From the IMG/VR virus record IMGVR_UViG_2617270952_000006: a DNA stretch of 43,639 bases, one strand, 5' to 3'. The DNA is from a virus (taxonomy: Duplodnaviria > Heunggongvirae > Uroviricota > Caudoviricetes). Below the pieces are notes generated by a model, which saw only the letters and a list, made by a program, of their open reading frames with translations, did no database searches and was not told where the DNA came from. Both the position numbers and the translations under genes were made by a program. Each line of letters opens with the position of its first letter. The first letter of the stretch is position 1. Of this stretch, positions 37,394-43,639 are shown piece by piece.

Positions 37394-38362
37394 ATGAGTG
37401 AAGTAACAGATTTAGTTGTTATTGAAAAAGCAAATGCAATGACTGTATTTCAGTCTGCCGACCAGATTGAAGAAATCCTTCAAAAGGTTGAACGTGAAGT
37501 TATGTCCTTTGTGCCTGATATCACAACGGCAAAGGGCAGAAAGGAGATCGCTTCTCTGGCGTATAAAGTTGCGCAGACGAAAACATATCTCGATGGTCTT
37601 GGCAAAGACCTTGTTGCTGAACTGAAGGAAATTCCAAAGCTAATTGATGCTAACCGCAAGACAGTGCGTGATCGCCTTGATGAGCTGAAAGCCAAGGCGC
37701 GCCAGCCTCTTACTGATTATGAGGAAGAACAGGCGCGGATTAAAGCCGAAGAAGAAGCTAAGGCAGCAGCTGAAGCTCTCGCAAAGCAAATTGAGTCTGA
37801 CCATGAAATAGCTATTTTGATGGATCGCGAATTTGACCGCCAAAGAGAAGAGGCAAGACTCAAAGCGGAGCAGGAAAAGCGAGAGCATGAAGAACGATTA
37901 AAAAGAGAAGCTGAAGAGAAAGCCAGAGCAGAAGCCGAAGCAAAGGCAAAAGCCGAAATTGAAGCAGCAGCAAGGCGAGAAGCAGAAGCTAAGGCCGCAG
38001 CGGAACGTGCAGAGCGTGAACGCATTGAAGCCGAGCAACGAGCACAGCGCGAAGCAAAAGAGGCAGCAGAACGAGCTGAAAGAGAAAAGCAGGCAGCAAT
38101 TGAAGCAGAACGCAGAAAAGCACAGGAGGAGGCTGAACGAATCCGTCGCGAGGCTGAAGCAAAAGAGCAAGCCAGAATAGCAGAAGAAAAAAGAATCAAG
38201 GACGAAGAAGAGCGTAGAGCAAAGGATAAAGCTCACCGGAAAGAAGTAAATAACAAAATACTTGCTGACCTTATCAAGGTTGGCGCATCAGAAGATGTTG
38301 CTAAAAATATCATAACAGCCATCGTAAAAGGCGAAGTATTCGCAACAAAAATAACCTACTAA
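37394..38362 (+). CDS. Hypothetical 322-aa protein with N-terminal globular region and long E/A/K/R-rich coiled-coil-like low-complexity region
   Basis: Central ~150 aa are almost purely E/A/K/R (..EAEEKARAEAEAKAKAEIEAAARREAEAKAAAERAERE..), resembling TolA domain II-type helices; GGAGGA RBS. Confidence 0.65.
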   Translation: MSEVTDLVVIEKANAMTVFQSADQIEEILQKVEREVMSFVPDITTAKGRKEIASLAYKVAQTKTYLDGLGKDLVAELKEIPKLIDANRKTVRDRLDELKAKARQPLTDYEEEQARIKAEEEAKAAAEALAKQIESDHEIAILMDREFDRQREEARLKAEQEKREHEERLKREAEEKARAEAEAKAKAEIEAAARREAEAKAAAERAERERIEAEQRAQREAKEAAERAEREKQAAIEAERRKAQEEAERIRREAEAKEQARIAEEKRIKDEEERRAKDKAHRKEVNNKILADLIKVGASEDVAKNIITAIVKGEVFATKITY

Positions 38363-38386
38363 TAAAACCAACATAAGGAACCACCC

Positions 38387-38518
38387 ATGATTTACGCAAT
38401 CGCGGGAGGCGCTCGCATGGGTGCCTTCCAACTAAATGAATCTTTACTTGAACGAATCACCCGTAAATTGCGTGACGGATGGAAAAGAGTTGAGGTCTTA
38501 TTATGCGCAATGAAATAG
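38387..38518 (+). CDS. cIII: CIII-like protease inhibitor (43 aa; below ORF-track size cutoff)
   Basis: Translation MIYAIAGGARMGAFQLNESLLERITRKLRDGWKRVEVLLCAMK shares the ESLLERITRKLRDGWKR core with lambda CIII; AAGGAA RBS. Confidence 0.7.
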   Translation: MIYAIAGGARMGAFQLNESLLERITRKLRDGWKRVEVLLCAMK

Positions 38519-38655
38519 CCATCAATCACCAGATGCTTCGTGCAGCACAAAACAAAGCAGTAATAGCCAGATTTATTGGTGATTCAAAAATGTGGCTTGA
38601 AGCAAATAAAGCGATGAAATCAGCTATCAACCTTCCGTGGTATCGCAGGAAATGA
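38503..38655 (+). CDS. kil: Kil-like host cell-division inhibitor (50 aa)
   Basis: Translation MRNEIAINHQMLRAAQNKAVIARFIGDSKMWLEANKAMKSAINLPWYRRK; core ..IA.FIGD.KM..EA.. resembles lambda Kil; overlaps cIII 3' end. Confidence 0.6.
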   Translation: MRNEIAINHQMLRAAQNKAVIARFIGDSKMWLEANKAMKSAINLPWYRRK

Positions 38656-38822
38656 GTTTTACAGATAACTGGTCAGACGAAGAATTCATTCGTCAGATGA
38701 AAGAATTAATCGGTAACGAAGGAGATATTCATGTCACTTGCAACCACAGTGAAGGAGAGCAAGTTACAGAGACGCATGTACACGCAGCAGGCGTTAATGT
38801 ATCGCCAGAAGGGAGATCGTGA
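38652..38822 (+). CDS. Candidate small acidic protein (56 aa), frame A
   Basis: ATG overlaps kil stop (ATGA); MSFTDNWSDEEFIRQMKELIGNEGDIH..; overlaps alternative frame B by ~90 nt, so only one may be real. Confidence 0.3.
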   Translation: MSFTDNWSDEEFIRQMKELIGNEGDIHVTCNHSEGEQVTETHVHAAGVNVSPEGRS

Positions 38823-38901
38823 AGGTGTTCGCGTATTTTTAAATGCGGCAAAGACTGAAGTATTAAATCAGCGTTATTTCCTTGGGCCATGTCCATTCTG
38901 A
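38731..38901 (+). CDS. Candidate small basic protein (56 aa), frame B (Arf-like position before erf)
   Basis: ATG 38731 with GGAG RBS 6 nt upstream; MSLATTVKESKLQRRMYTQQALMYRQKGDREGVRVFLNAAK..; ends 10 nt before erf. Confidence 0.3.
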   Translation: MSLATTVKESKLQRRMYTQQALMYRQKGDREGVRVFLNAAKTEVLNQRYFLGPCPF

Positions 38902-38911
38902 GAACAATCAT

Positions 38912-39517
38912 ATGAGCAAAGAATTTTACGCAAGACTGGCAGCTATTCAGGAGAATCTGAACGCGCCAAAGAATCAGTACAACTCATTCGGCAAATATAA
39001 ATACAGAAGCTGCGAAGACATTCTTGAAAGCGTTAAGCCGTTACTGAATGGCCTGTTTTTATCAATCAGCGATGAAGTTGTGTTGATTGGTGATCGGTAT
39101 TACGTGAAAGCCACGGCAACTATTACCGATGGCGAAAACAGTCATACGGCAACCGCTCTTGCACGAGAGGAAGAAAGCAAGAAAGGAATGGATTCTGCAC
39201 AAGTTACGGGAGCTACAAGCTCTTATGCACGCAAGTATTGCCTCAATGGTTTATTCGGCATTGATGATGCGAAAGATGCAGATACCGACGAGCATAAACA
39301 TCAGCAGAACGCAGCAGCAAAGCAATCAAAACCATCACCTACGCCTGAACAGGTTCTAAAAGCATTCACTGACGCAGCAATGCAGAAAAACACCGTGGAA
39401 GAGCTTAAACAGGCGTTCGCCAAAGCGTGGAAGATGCTCGAAGGCACACCGGAGCAGCACAAAGCGCAGGACGTTTACAACATCAGACGAGACGAATTAG
39501 AAGGGGCAACTGCTTAA
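38912..39517 (+). CDS. erf: Erf single-strand annealing recombinase (P22 Erf-like)
   Basis: Product MSKEFYARLAAIQENLNAPKNQYNSFGKYKYRSCEDILESVKPLLNGLFLSISDEVVLIGDRYYVKATATITDGENSH.. recognised as P22 Erf. Confidence 0.9.
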   Translation: MSKEFYARLAAIQENLNAPKNQYNSFGKYKYRSCEDILESVKPLLNGLFLSISDEVVLIGDRYYVKATATITDGENSHTATALAREEESKKGMDSAQVTGATSSYARKYCLNGLFGIDDAKDADTDEHKHQQNAAAKQSKPSPTPEQVLKAFTDAAMQKNTVEELKQAFAKAWKMLEGTPEQHKAQDVYNIRRDELEGATA

Positions 39518-39900
39518 TGGCACATTCGATTACAGTAAGACTAAACAAGCCCGCAAGAGAGTTTCAGGCCGGGGAAAATATCGGATTCAACATCCGTGCT
39601 GGCGTTCAGTATTACGATCGCCAGACAAAAAAGAAAGAATGGACAAACTACAGCGCCGTTGTATTTGCCAAGCCGGGAGCGCAAGCGGATTACTACCGTA
39701 GTGTTCTTGTTGAAGGTGGCATTGTGGAAATTACCGGAGAAAACATCAGGGTAGATGTTTATCAGGGGCAAAATGGTCAATCAATCACTCTTGAATTACT
39801 GAATGCAAAGATTGGATTTGCAACTTCAGGAAACAGCCAACAGCAGCAAAGTAGCAATCATCAAAATCATCCTGAATACGACGATTCAATCCCCTTCTAG
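39517..39900 (+). CDS. Phage SSB-like protein with acidic C-terminal tip
   Basis: 127-aa product from ATG overlapping erf stop; ends ..PEYDDSIPF, the hallmark SSB C-terminal motif; Q/S-rich linker before it. Confidence 0.65.
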   Translation: MAHSITVRLNKPAREFQAGENIGFNIRAGVQYYDRQTKKKEWTNYSAVVFAKPGAQADYYRSVLVEGGIVEITGENIRVDVYQGQNGQSITLELLNAKIGFATSGNSQQQQSSNHQNHPEYDDSIPF

Positions 39901-39923
39901 ATTAGCAAAATAAGGATTCCATT

Positions 39924-40217
39924 ATGCCAGCGCCTCTGTATGGTGCGGATGACCCGCGCCGCTGTTCCGGCAATTCCGTATCGGAGGTGCTGGATAAATT
40001 CAGAAAAAACTACGATCGGATAATGTCGCTACCGCAGGAAACGAAAGAGGAAAAGGAATTTCGCCACTGCATATGGCTTGCAGAGAAAGAAGAGCGCGAG
40101 CGAATTTACCAGACATCAATCCGACCATTCCGCAAAGCCACATATACCCACTTCCCTGAAATTGACCCGCGCCTGCGTAATTACCGCTCACGTTATGGCG
40201 CTATCAGTAATGACTGA
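39924..40217 (+). CDS. Hypothetical protein (97 aa)
   Basis: ORF with AAGGA RBS 6 nt upstream of ATG. Confidence 0.5.
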   Translation: MPAPLYGADDPRRCSGNSVSEVLDKFRKNYDRIMSLPQETKEEKEFRHCIWLAEKEERERIYQTSIRPFRKATYTHFPEIDPRLRNYRSRYGAISND

Positions 40218-40395
40218 GGAATTTACCATGAGAGGACTTGCATACAATCCCGGCATTCTTCCGGCAGAAATGATTATTCGCCAACGCGTAAAGCCAATGC
40301 CATCGAGAGAGGAATTGCTTAAGAGAAATTCTTTTCCATCAGTGAATCAAAACAAATATCTGAATGCGATGTGGCGCAAAGGAGGCAACCAGTGA
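40210..40395 (+). CDS. Hypothetical protein (61 aa)
   Basis: ATG overlaps upstream stop (ATGA); ORF track lists a longer in-frame version from 40078. Confidence 0.4.
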   Translation: MTEEFTMRGLAYNPGILPAEMIIRQRVKPMPSREELLKRNSFPSVNQNKYLNAMWRKGGNQ

Positions 40396-41054
40396 GCAAG
40401 ATTAACTATCAGGCACTACGTGATGCGGCAGAAAAGGCAACACAGGGTGAATGGGTCGCATTTATTTCGCCGGGCAAATACGGCACGTACGCCGTACACA
40501 CACCAGGTGATAATCATCACGGAGATATTGTCGACTGGCCAGGATTCGACGAACAGAAAAACGCAGAGAACAACGCTCGTTATATCGCAGCTTTCAACCC
40601 TGAAGTAGTGCAGGCGCTGCTGGATGAACGGGAAAGAAACCAGCAATACATCAAATCACGCGACAAGGAGAACGAGGAAATTGCGCTAACGGTAGGGAAG
40701 CTGCGTGTTGAGCTGGAAGCCGCAGAGAAGCGCAACGCAAAATTACAAAGCGAGAATGCATACATCCGCAACCGGTTCAAAGAACTGGACCTGTTAATCG
40801 GGAAAAACATTCTGGTCATGCAGGCTGCCATTATCGAATGGCAGGCAACTGGCGACGCTAAGAGCGGACTGGCATGGATTTATAACACACTGTTTGGCCC
40901 TGGCGAATTACCGGACGAATCTGAGAAAGATGCTCAGGCCTACTTTAATCGCAAATATGCACCGATTGACGAAAAGCTTATGGAGCTTCACAAGTGGTTT
41001 TGGGAACAAAGTGAAGCCGAGCGCGCTGCTGGTATTCGCATCAAAGGAGAGTGA
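40392..41054 (+). CDS. Ead/Ea22-like family protein
   Basis: Start assigned to GTG 40392 (6 nt after GGAGG RBS; ORF track starts 40371); coiled-coil-containing product of a type common in lambdoid early-left regions. Confidence 0.55.
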   Translation: MSKINYQALRDAAEKATQGEWVAFISPGKYGTYAVHTPGDNHHGDIVDWPGFDEQKNAENNARYIAAFNPEVVQALLDERERNQQYIKSRDKENEEIALTVGKLRVELEAAEKRNAKLQSENAYIRNRFKELDLLIGKNILVMQAAIIEWQATGDAKSGLAWIYNTLFGPGELPDESEKDAQAYFNRKYAPIDEKLMELHKWFWEQSEAERAAGIRIKGE

Positions 41055-41055
41055 T

Positions 41056-41622
41056 ATGAGCGCTATAACCAAAGAACGTATCGAATTATTCATTAAAAAT
41101 CCGCTTGATAACGGACTTACCCGTGGCGAACAAATGGAACTGGCACGAATTGCACTGGCATCACTGGCAGCAGTATCGGATGAACGAGCAGCCTATGAAT
41201 TATTTATGGAGAAGCGTTTCGGGGAATCTGTAGATCGCCGCAGGGCGAAAAATGGCGATAGAGAATACATGGCATGGGATATGGCGCTTGGCTGGATTAT
41301 CTGGTGTCACCGCGCCGCCATGCTTCAGACTGGAAACTTTCGGGAAAATAAGGATTCGTCAACCAATAATTTTCGGGAAACCTCGGAAACGTCAACCAAC
41401 TCTCCGGTAACTCCGGATAGTTGGATAAGCTGTAGTGAGCGGATGCCAGAGGACGGTCAGCACGTAATTATTTTATGTGATGGCGCATTCGTTCTTTATG
41501 CGCAATATCGAGACGGTGAGTTTTTTGATGTCGTCCGCAATGGTGAGGAGTTCTTCGAAACGCAGAGCCGCAATGTAACCGACTGGATGCCTCTACCAGA
41601 ACCGCCGCAGGAGGTGAAGTGA
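41056..41622 (+). CDS. DUF551-domain phage protein
   Basis: C-terminal region ..WISCSERMPEDGQHVIILCDGAFVLYAQYRDGEFFDVVRNGEEFFETQSRNVTDWMPLPEPP.. fits DUF551; AAGGAGA RBS; contains short internal tandem repeat. Confidence 0.6.
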   Translation: MSAITKERIELFIKNPLDNGLTRGEQMELARIALASLAAVSDERAAYELFMEKRFGESVDRRRAKNGDREYMAWDMALGWIIWCHRAAMLQTGNFRENKDSSTNNFRETSETSTNSPVTPDSWISCSERMPEDGQHVIILCDGAFVLYAQYRDGEFFDVVRNGEEFFETQSRNVTDWMPLPEPPQEVK

Positions 41623-41900
41623 TGGACTCCTTCGCGAAATATACGATCATTGACTGGATAGCATTCCTTCAGGTTTTGCTCATCTGGTTTTATATGGCTT
41701 ACAGGAGTGGGCAGTGGATTGTCAACATGGCCTGTAGCAGGGGATGGCGTTGGTGGAACCGAAAGAATAAAAAAGCACTGGCATTGGATTCGTTTTACGA
41801 AGCATTCAATCTTAACAGCCTTCAGCCTGGTTCTGTCATTGTAGTCACCACTCAAAGCGGCATGACCATTCAGATTCATAAACCAAAAGAGGAAAAATGA
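41622..41900 (+). CDS. Hypothetical small membrane protein (92 aa)
   Basis: ATG overlaps DUF551 stop; one hydrophobic helix (..IIDWIAFLQVLLIWFYMAY..). Confidence 0.45.
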   Translation: MDSFAKYTIIDWIAFLQVLLIWFYMAYRSGQWIVNMACSRGWRWWNRKNKKALALDSFYEAFNLNSLQPGSVIVVTTQSGMTIQIHKPKEEK

Positions 41901-41986
41901 TGTGGCCTATATGTGTTAATTGCGGACGGATGTGCCTATCTGGATGGTGCCGAAAGTGCGACAAATGCACGAAGCAAAGACAATAA
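41897..41986 (+). CDS. Candidate 29-aa Cys-rich mini-ORF (zinc-ribbon-like)
   Basis: MMWPICVNCGRMCLSGWCRKCDKCTKQRQ; ATG overlaps upstream stop; followed by hairpin/T-tract. Confidence 0.3.
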   Translation: MMWPICVNCGRMCLSGWCRKCDKCTKQRQ

Positions 41987-42028
41987 CAATCCTCGCACTC
42001 GCGGGGATTTCTTTTATATGGGGATAAT

Positions 42029-42829
42029 ATGACCATCCACTTTCACGGCAGCCCAATATGGGGTGATGAGCATGCCCCTACAGATATGCTGATTAAAGCC
42101 CTTTACCGTGATGGTGGGGCTTTTGTTTCATTTGCCAGACCAGAGCAGATGAAAAAGATTGCCATGTTCCCTTGTGATATACGCCTTGATAACGGTGCTT
42201 TTAGCGACTGGATGAAAGCATTAAAGAAAGGCACTCCGGTAGACTGGAGTAAGAGACGAGCAAAATTCTACGACTTTGTTGGGACGTGGTTCAGCAGAAT
42301 TGAATGGTTTCTTATACCTGACGTTATCGAAGGGACAGAGGCAGAAAACGACGAGCAGATTGAGTTGGTTCCTGATTGGCTAAAATCAAAAGCGGTTCCG
42401 GTCTGGCATACCGACGAATCAATTGAACGTCTTTTACGCCTTTCTGGCAAATTTGAATGGGTGGCGATTGGATGCTGCGGCCCACACAGGCACATACGCT
42501 CTAAATGGTGGGAACAGAGAATGGATGAAGTTTTTACTGAGATTTATATCAATCGTAATTTGAAAGTGAAAATTCATGGTCTTCGAATGCTCGACGTGAG
42601 AGTTCTTGGTATGTATCCGTTCGCCAGTGCGGATTCTACTAATGTTGCTGTTAACGTACCGAAGACAGAGAAGCGATTTCCTGAGATTACCGACAAACTG
42701 GCACGTACAGCTGTACTTCGCGCAGCTATTGAAAAGGTGCACCCACCATCGATATCAGCATGGGTAGACAGAAAGAGGAGAGAGCCGGCGCAAGCCGGTT
42801 TTTTATTTGAATTCACCGACGCCGCTTAA
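42029..42829 (+). CDS. Hypothetical 266-aa protein (moron-like cassette)
   Basis: Stand-alone ORF bounded on both sides by hairpin/T-tract elements; no motif confidently recognised. Confidence 0.6.
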   Translation: MTIHFHGSPIWGDEHAPTDMLIKALYRDGGAFVSFARPEQMKKIAMFPCDIRLDNGAFSDWMKALKKGTPVDWSKRRAKFYDFVGTWFSRIEWFLIPDVIEGTEAENDEQIELVPDWLKSKAVPVWHTDESIERLLRLSGKFEWVAIGCCGPHRHIRSKWWEQRMDEVFTEIYINRNLKVKIHGLRMLDVRVLGMYPFASADSTNVAVNVPKTEKRFPEITDKLARTAVLRAAIEKVHPPSISAWVDRKRREPAQAGFLFEFTDAA

Positions 42830-42886
42830 TGCGGATTTCTTTTATCTGAACTCGCTACGGCGGGTTTTGTTTTATGGAGATGATAA

Positions 42887-43054
42887 ATGCACTTCCGAGT
42901 CACAGGTGAATGGAATGGAGAGCCATTCAACAGGGTTATCGAAGCAGAGGACATCAACGACTGCTATAACCACTGGATGATATGGGCGCAGATAGCGCAT
43001 GCAGACGTAACCAATATTCGAATTGAAGAACTGAAAGAACACCAAGACGCCTGA
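42887..43054 (+). CDS. Candidate 55-aa protein (below ORF-track cutoff)
   Basis: ATG 42887 preceded by GGAG; MHFRVTGEWNGEPFNRVIEAEDINDCYNHWMIWAQIAHADVTNIRIEELKEHQDA. Confidence 0.35.
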   Translation: MHFRVTGEWNGEPFNRVIEAEDINDCYNHWMIWAQIAHADVTNIRIEELKEHQDA

Positions 43055-43078
43055 TGGCGGTTTTTTTGGGGGTAGTAG

Positions 43079-43294
43079 ATGGCTGCAATTCACATTGTAT
43101 CAATAACATGCAATGCAATTCAGATAGTTGCTTGCATTATCTTTGTTTTCTCAATCCTTCGCTCCCGACGATATTCTCCAGCAATTAACCGACATCCTGC
43201 ACAAGTTGAAGCCGTCAGGATGGCTATAGAGCTACGAAATGAGATGAATAAGGCATTAATGGAGATGGAGAAACCATTCACTGACAAACATTAA
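43079..43294 (+). CDS. Hypothetical small membrane protein (71 aa)
   Basis: N-terminal hydrophobic helix (..IVSITCNAIQIVACIIFVFSIL..). Confidence 0.4.
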   Translation: MAAIHIVSITCNAIQIVACIIFVFSILRSRRYSPAINRHPAQVEAVRMAIELRNEMNKALMEMEKPFTDKH

Positions 43295-43372
43295 GAGTGG
43301 AAATAAAGAAATCACACCGCCTCACACTCGATGAGGCATTTTCATTTATCAAGATATCCAGACCTACCATCG

Positions 43373-43394
43373 CCGCATCAATGCGGTTTTTTTA
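43373..43394 (+). terminator. Rho-independent terminator upstream of excisionase gene
   Basis: Hairpin ccgcat-ca-atgcgg followed by 7-nt T-run. Confidence 0.5.
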
Positions 43395-43438
43395 TTGCCT
43401 GATTTGCAGGTTTGATTCCCTATTTGGAGATAGCACTC

Positions 43439-43639
43439 ATGCAACACGAACTACAGCCTGATTCACTGGTTGATTTGAAATTCATCATGGCCGATACTGG
43501 CTTCGGTAAAACCTTCATCTATGACCGGATTAAGTCCGGCGACCTGCCTAAAGCCAAAGTTATCCACGGACGAGCAAGATGGTTATATCGTGACCATTGT
43601 GAATTCAAAAATAAGCTCTTAAGCCGCGCCAATGGGTAA
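43439..43639 (+). CDS. torI: Excisionase / recombination directionality factor, AlpA-TorI family
   Basis: 66-aa product MQHELQPDSLVDLKFIMADTGFGKTFIYDRIKSGDLPKAKVIHGRARWLYRDHCEFKNKLLSRANG recognised as TorI-like (KplE1 excisionase); stop at window end. Confidence 0.8.
   Translation: MQHELQPDSLVDLKFIMADTGFGKTFIYDRIKSGDLPKAKVIHGRARWLYRDHCEFKNKLLSRANG

Larger units (their letters stand above)
3013..43639 (+). mobile_element. P22/Sf6-like lambdoid prophage integrated at argW; left junction approximate (attL overlaps tRNA 3' end), right end beyond window
   Basis: Contiguous phage gene set from integrase at 3190 to excisionase ending at 43639: P22-type virion module, lambda-type N, Q, cII, nin genes, lysis cassette. 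Confidence 0.85.

Noticed and set aside
37480-38236. Cluster of long minus-strand ORFs (71-160 aa) rich in Ser/Ala/Cys/Phe
   Set aside because: All lie antisense to the E/A/K/R low-complexity core of the 322-aa gene; the GAAGC-type quasi-repeat is open in several frames.
40000-42816. Minus-strand ORFs across the early-left operon (for example 40580-40831, 41496-41879, 42434-42742)
   Set aside because: All are antisense to plus-strand genes that are RBS-preceded and translationally coupled in series; no supporting signals.
1-43639. CRISPR array or other spaced direct-repeat array
   Set aside because: No regularly spaced repeats seen; the only repeat clusters are the origin iterons, the E/A/K/R coding repeat and the short hairpin/T-tract elements.

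Overview
This window reads as an Escherichia/Shigella chromosomal segment (IS1 right end, an IS1-truncated ORF, mlaA, yfdC, tRNA-Arg argW) followed by an apparently intact ~40 kb P22/Sf6-like lambdoid prophage integrated at argW, running to the window end. All identifications are by-eye reading of the ORF translations and DNA motifs against remembered protein families; no database search, HMM or folding was run, so family names are hypotheses and start codons are approximate. The prophage has a P4-type integrase (IntS-like) at the left end and a TorI/AlpA-type excisionase at the right end, so attR should lie just past the window. On the minus strand are the tailspike, an immI module (ant, arc, with divergent mnt), ejection proteins, tail needle, gp10, gp4, coat, scaffold, portal, TerL/TerS, Rha, a pinholin/SAR-endolysin/Rz/Rz1 lysis cassette, a lambda-like pR'-6S-tR' late control region, Q, a nin region with a Dam-like methyltransferase, a DnaB-type helicase, an O-like initiator with internal iterons, cII and cro. 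On the plus strand are cI, pL/nutL, N and an early-left operon (acidic protein, coiled-coil protein, cIII, kil, erf, ssb-like, Ea22-like, DUF551, several small ORFs). The most unusual content is in the immI/sieA-equivalent locus: a 60-aa ORF with a ClpX-type zinc-ribbon motif wedged between arc and ant, and a ClpP-family peptidase homolog translationally coupled to mnt, next to a PEGA-type lipoprotein and a small 2-TM protein. Two free-standing HNH endonuclease genes, an A+T-rich tailspike receptor module and hairpin-bounded early-region morons are also flagged. No CRISPR array, rRNA or additional tRNA was seen.
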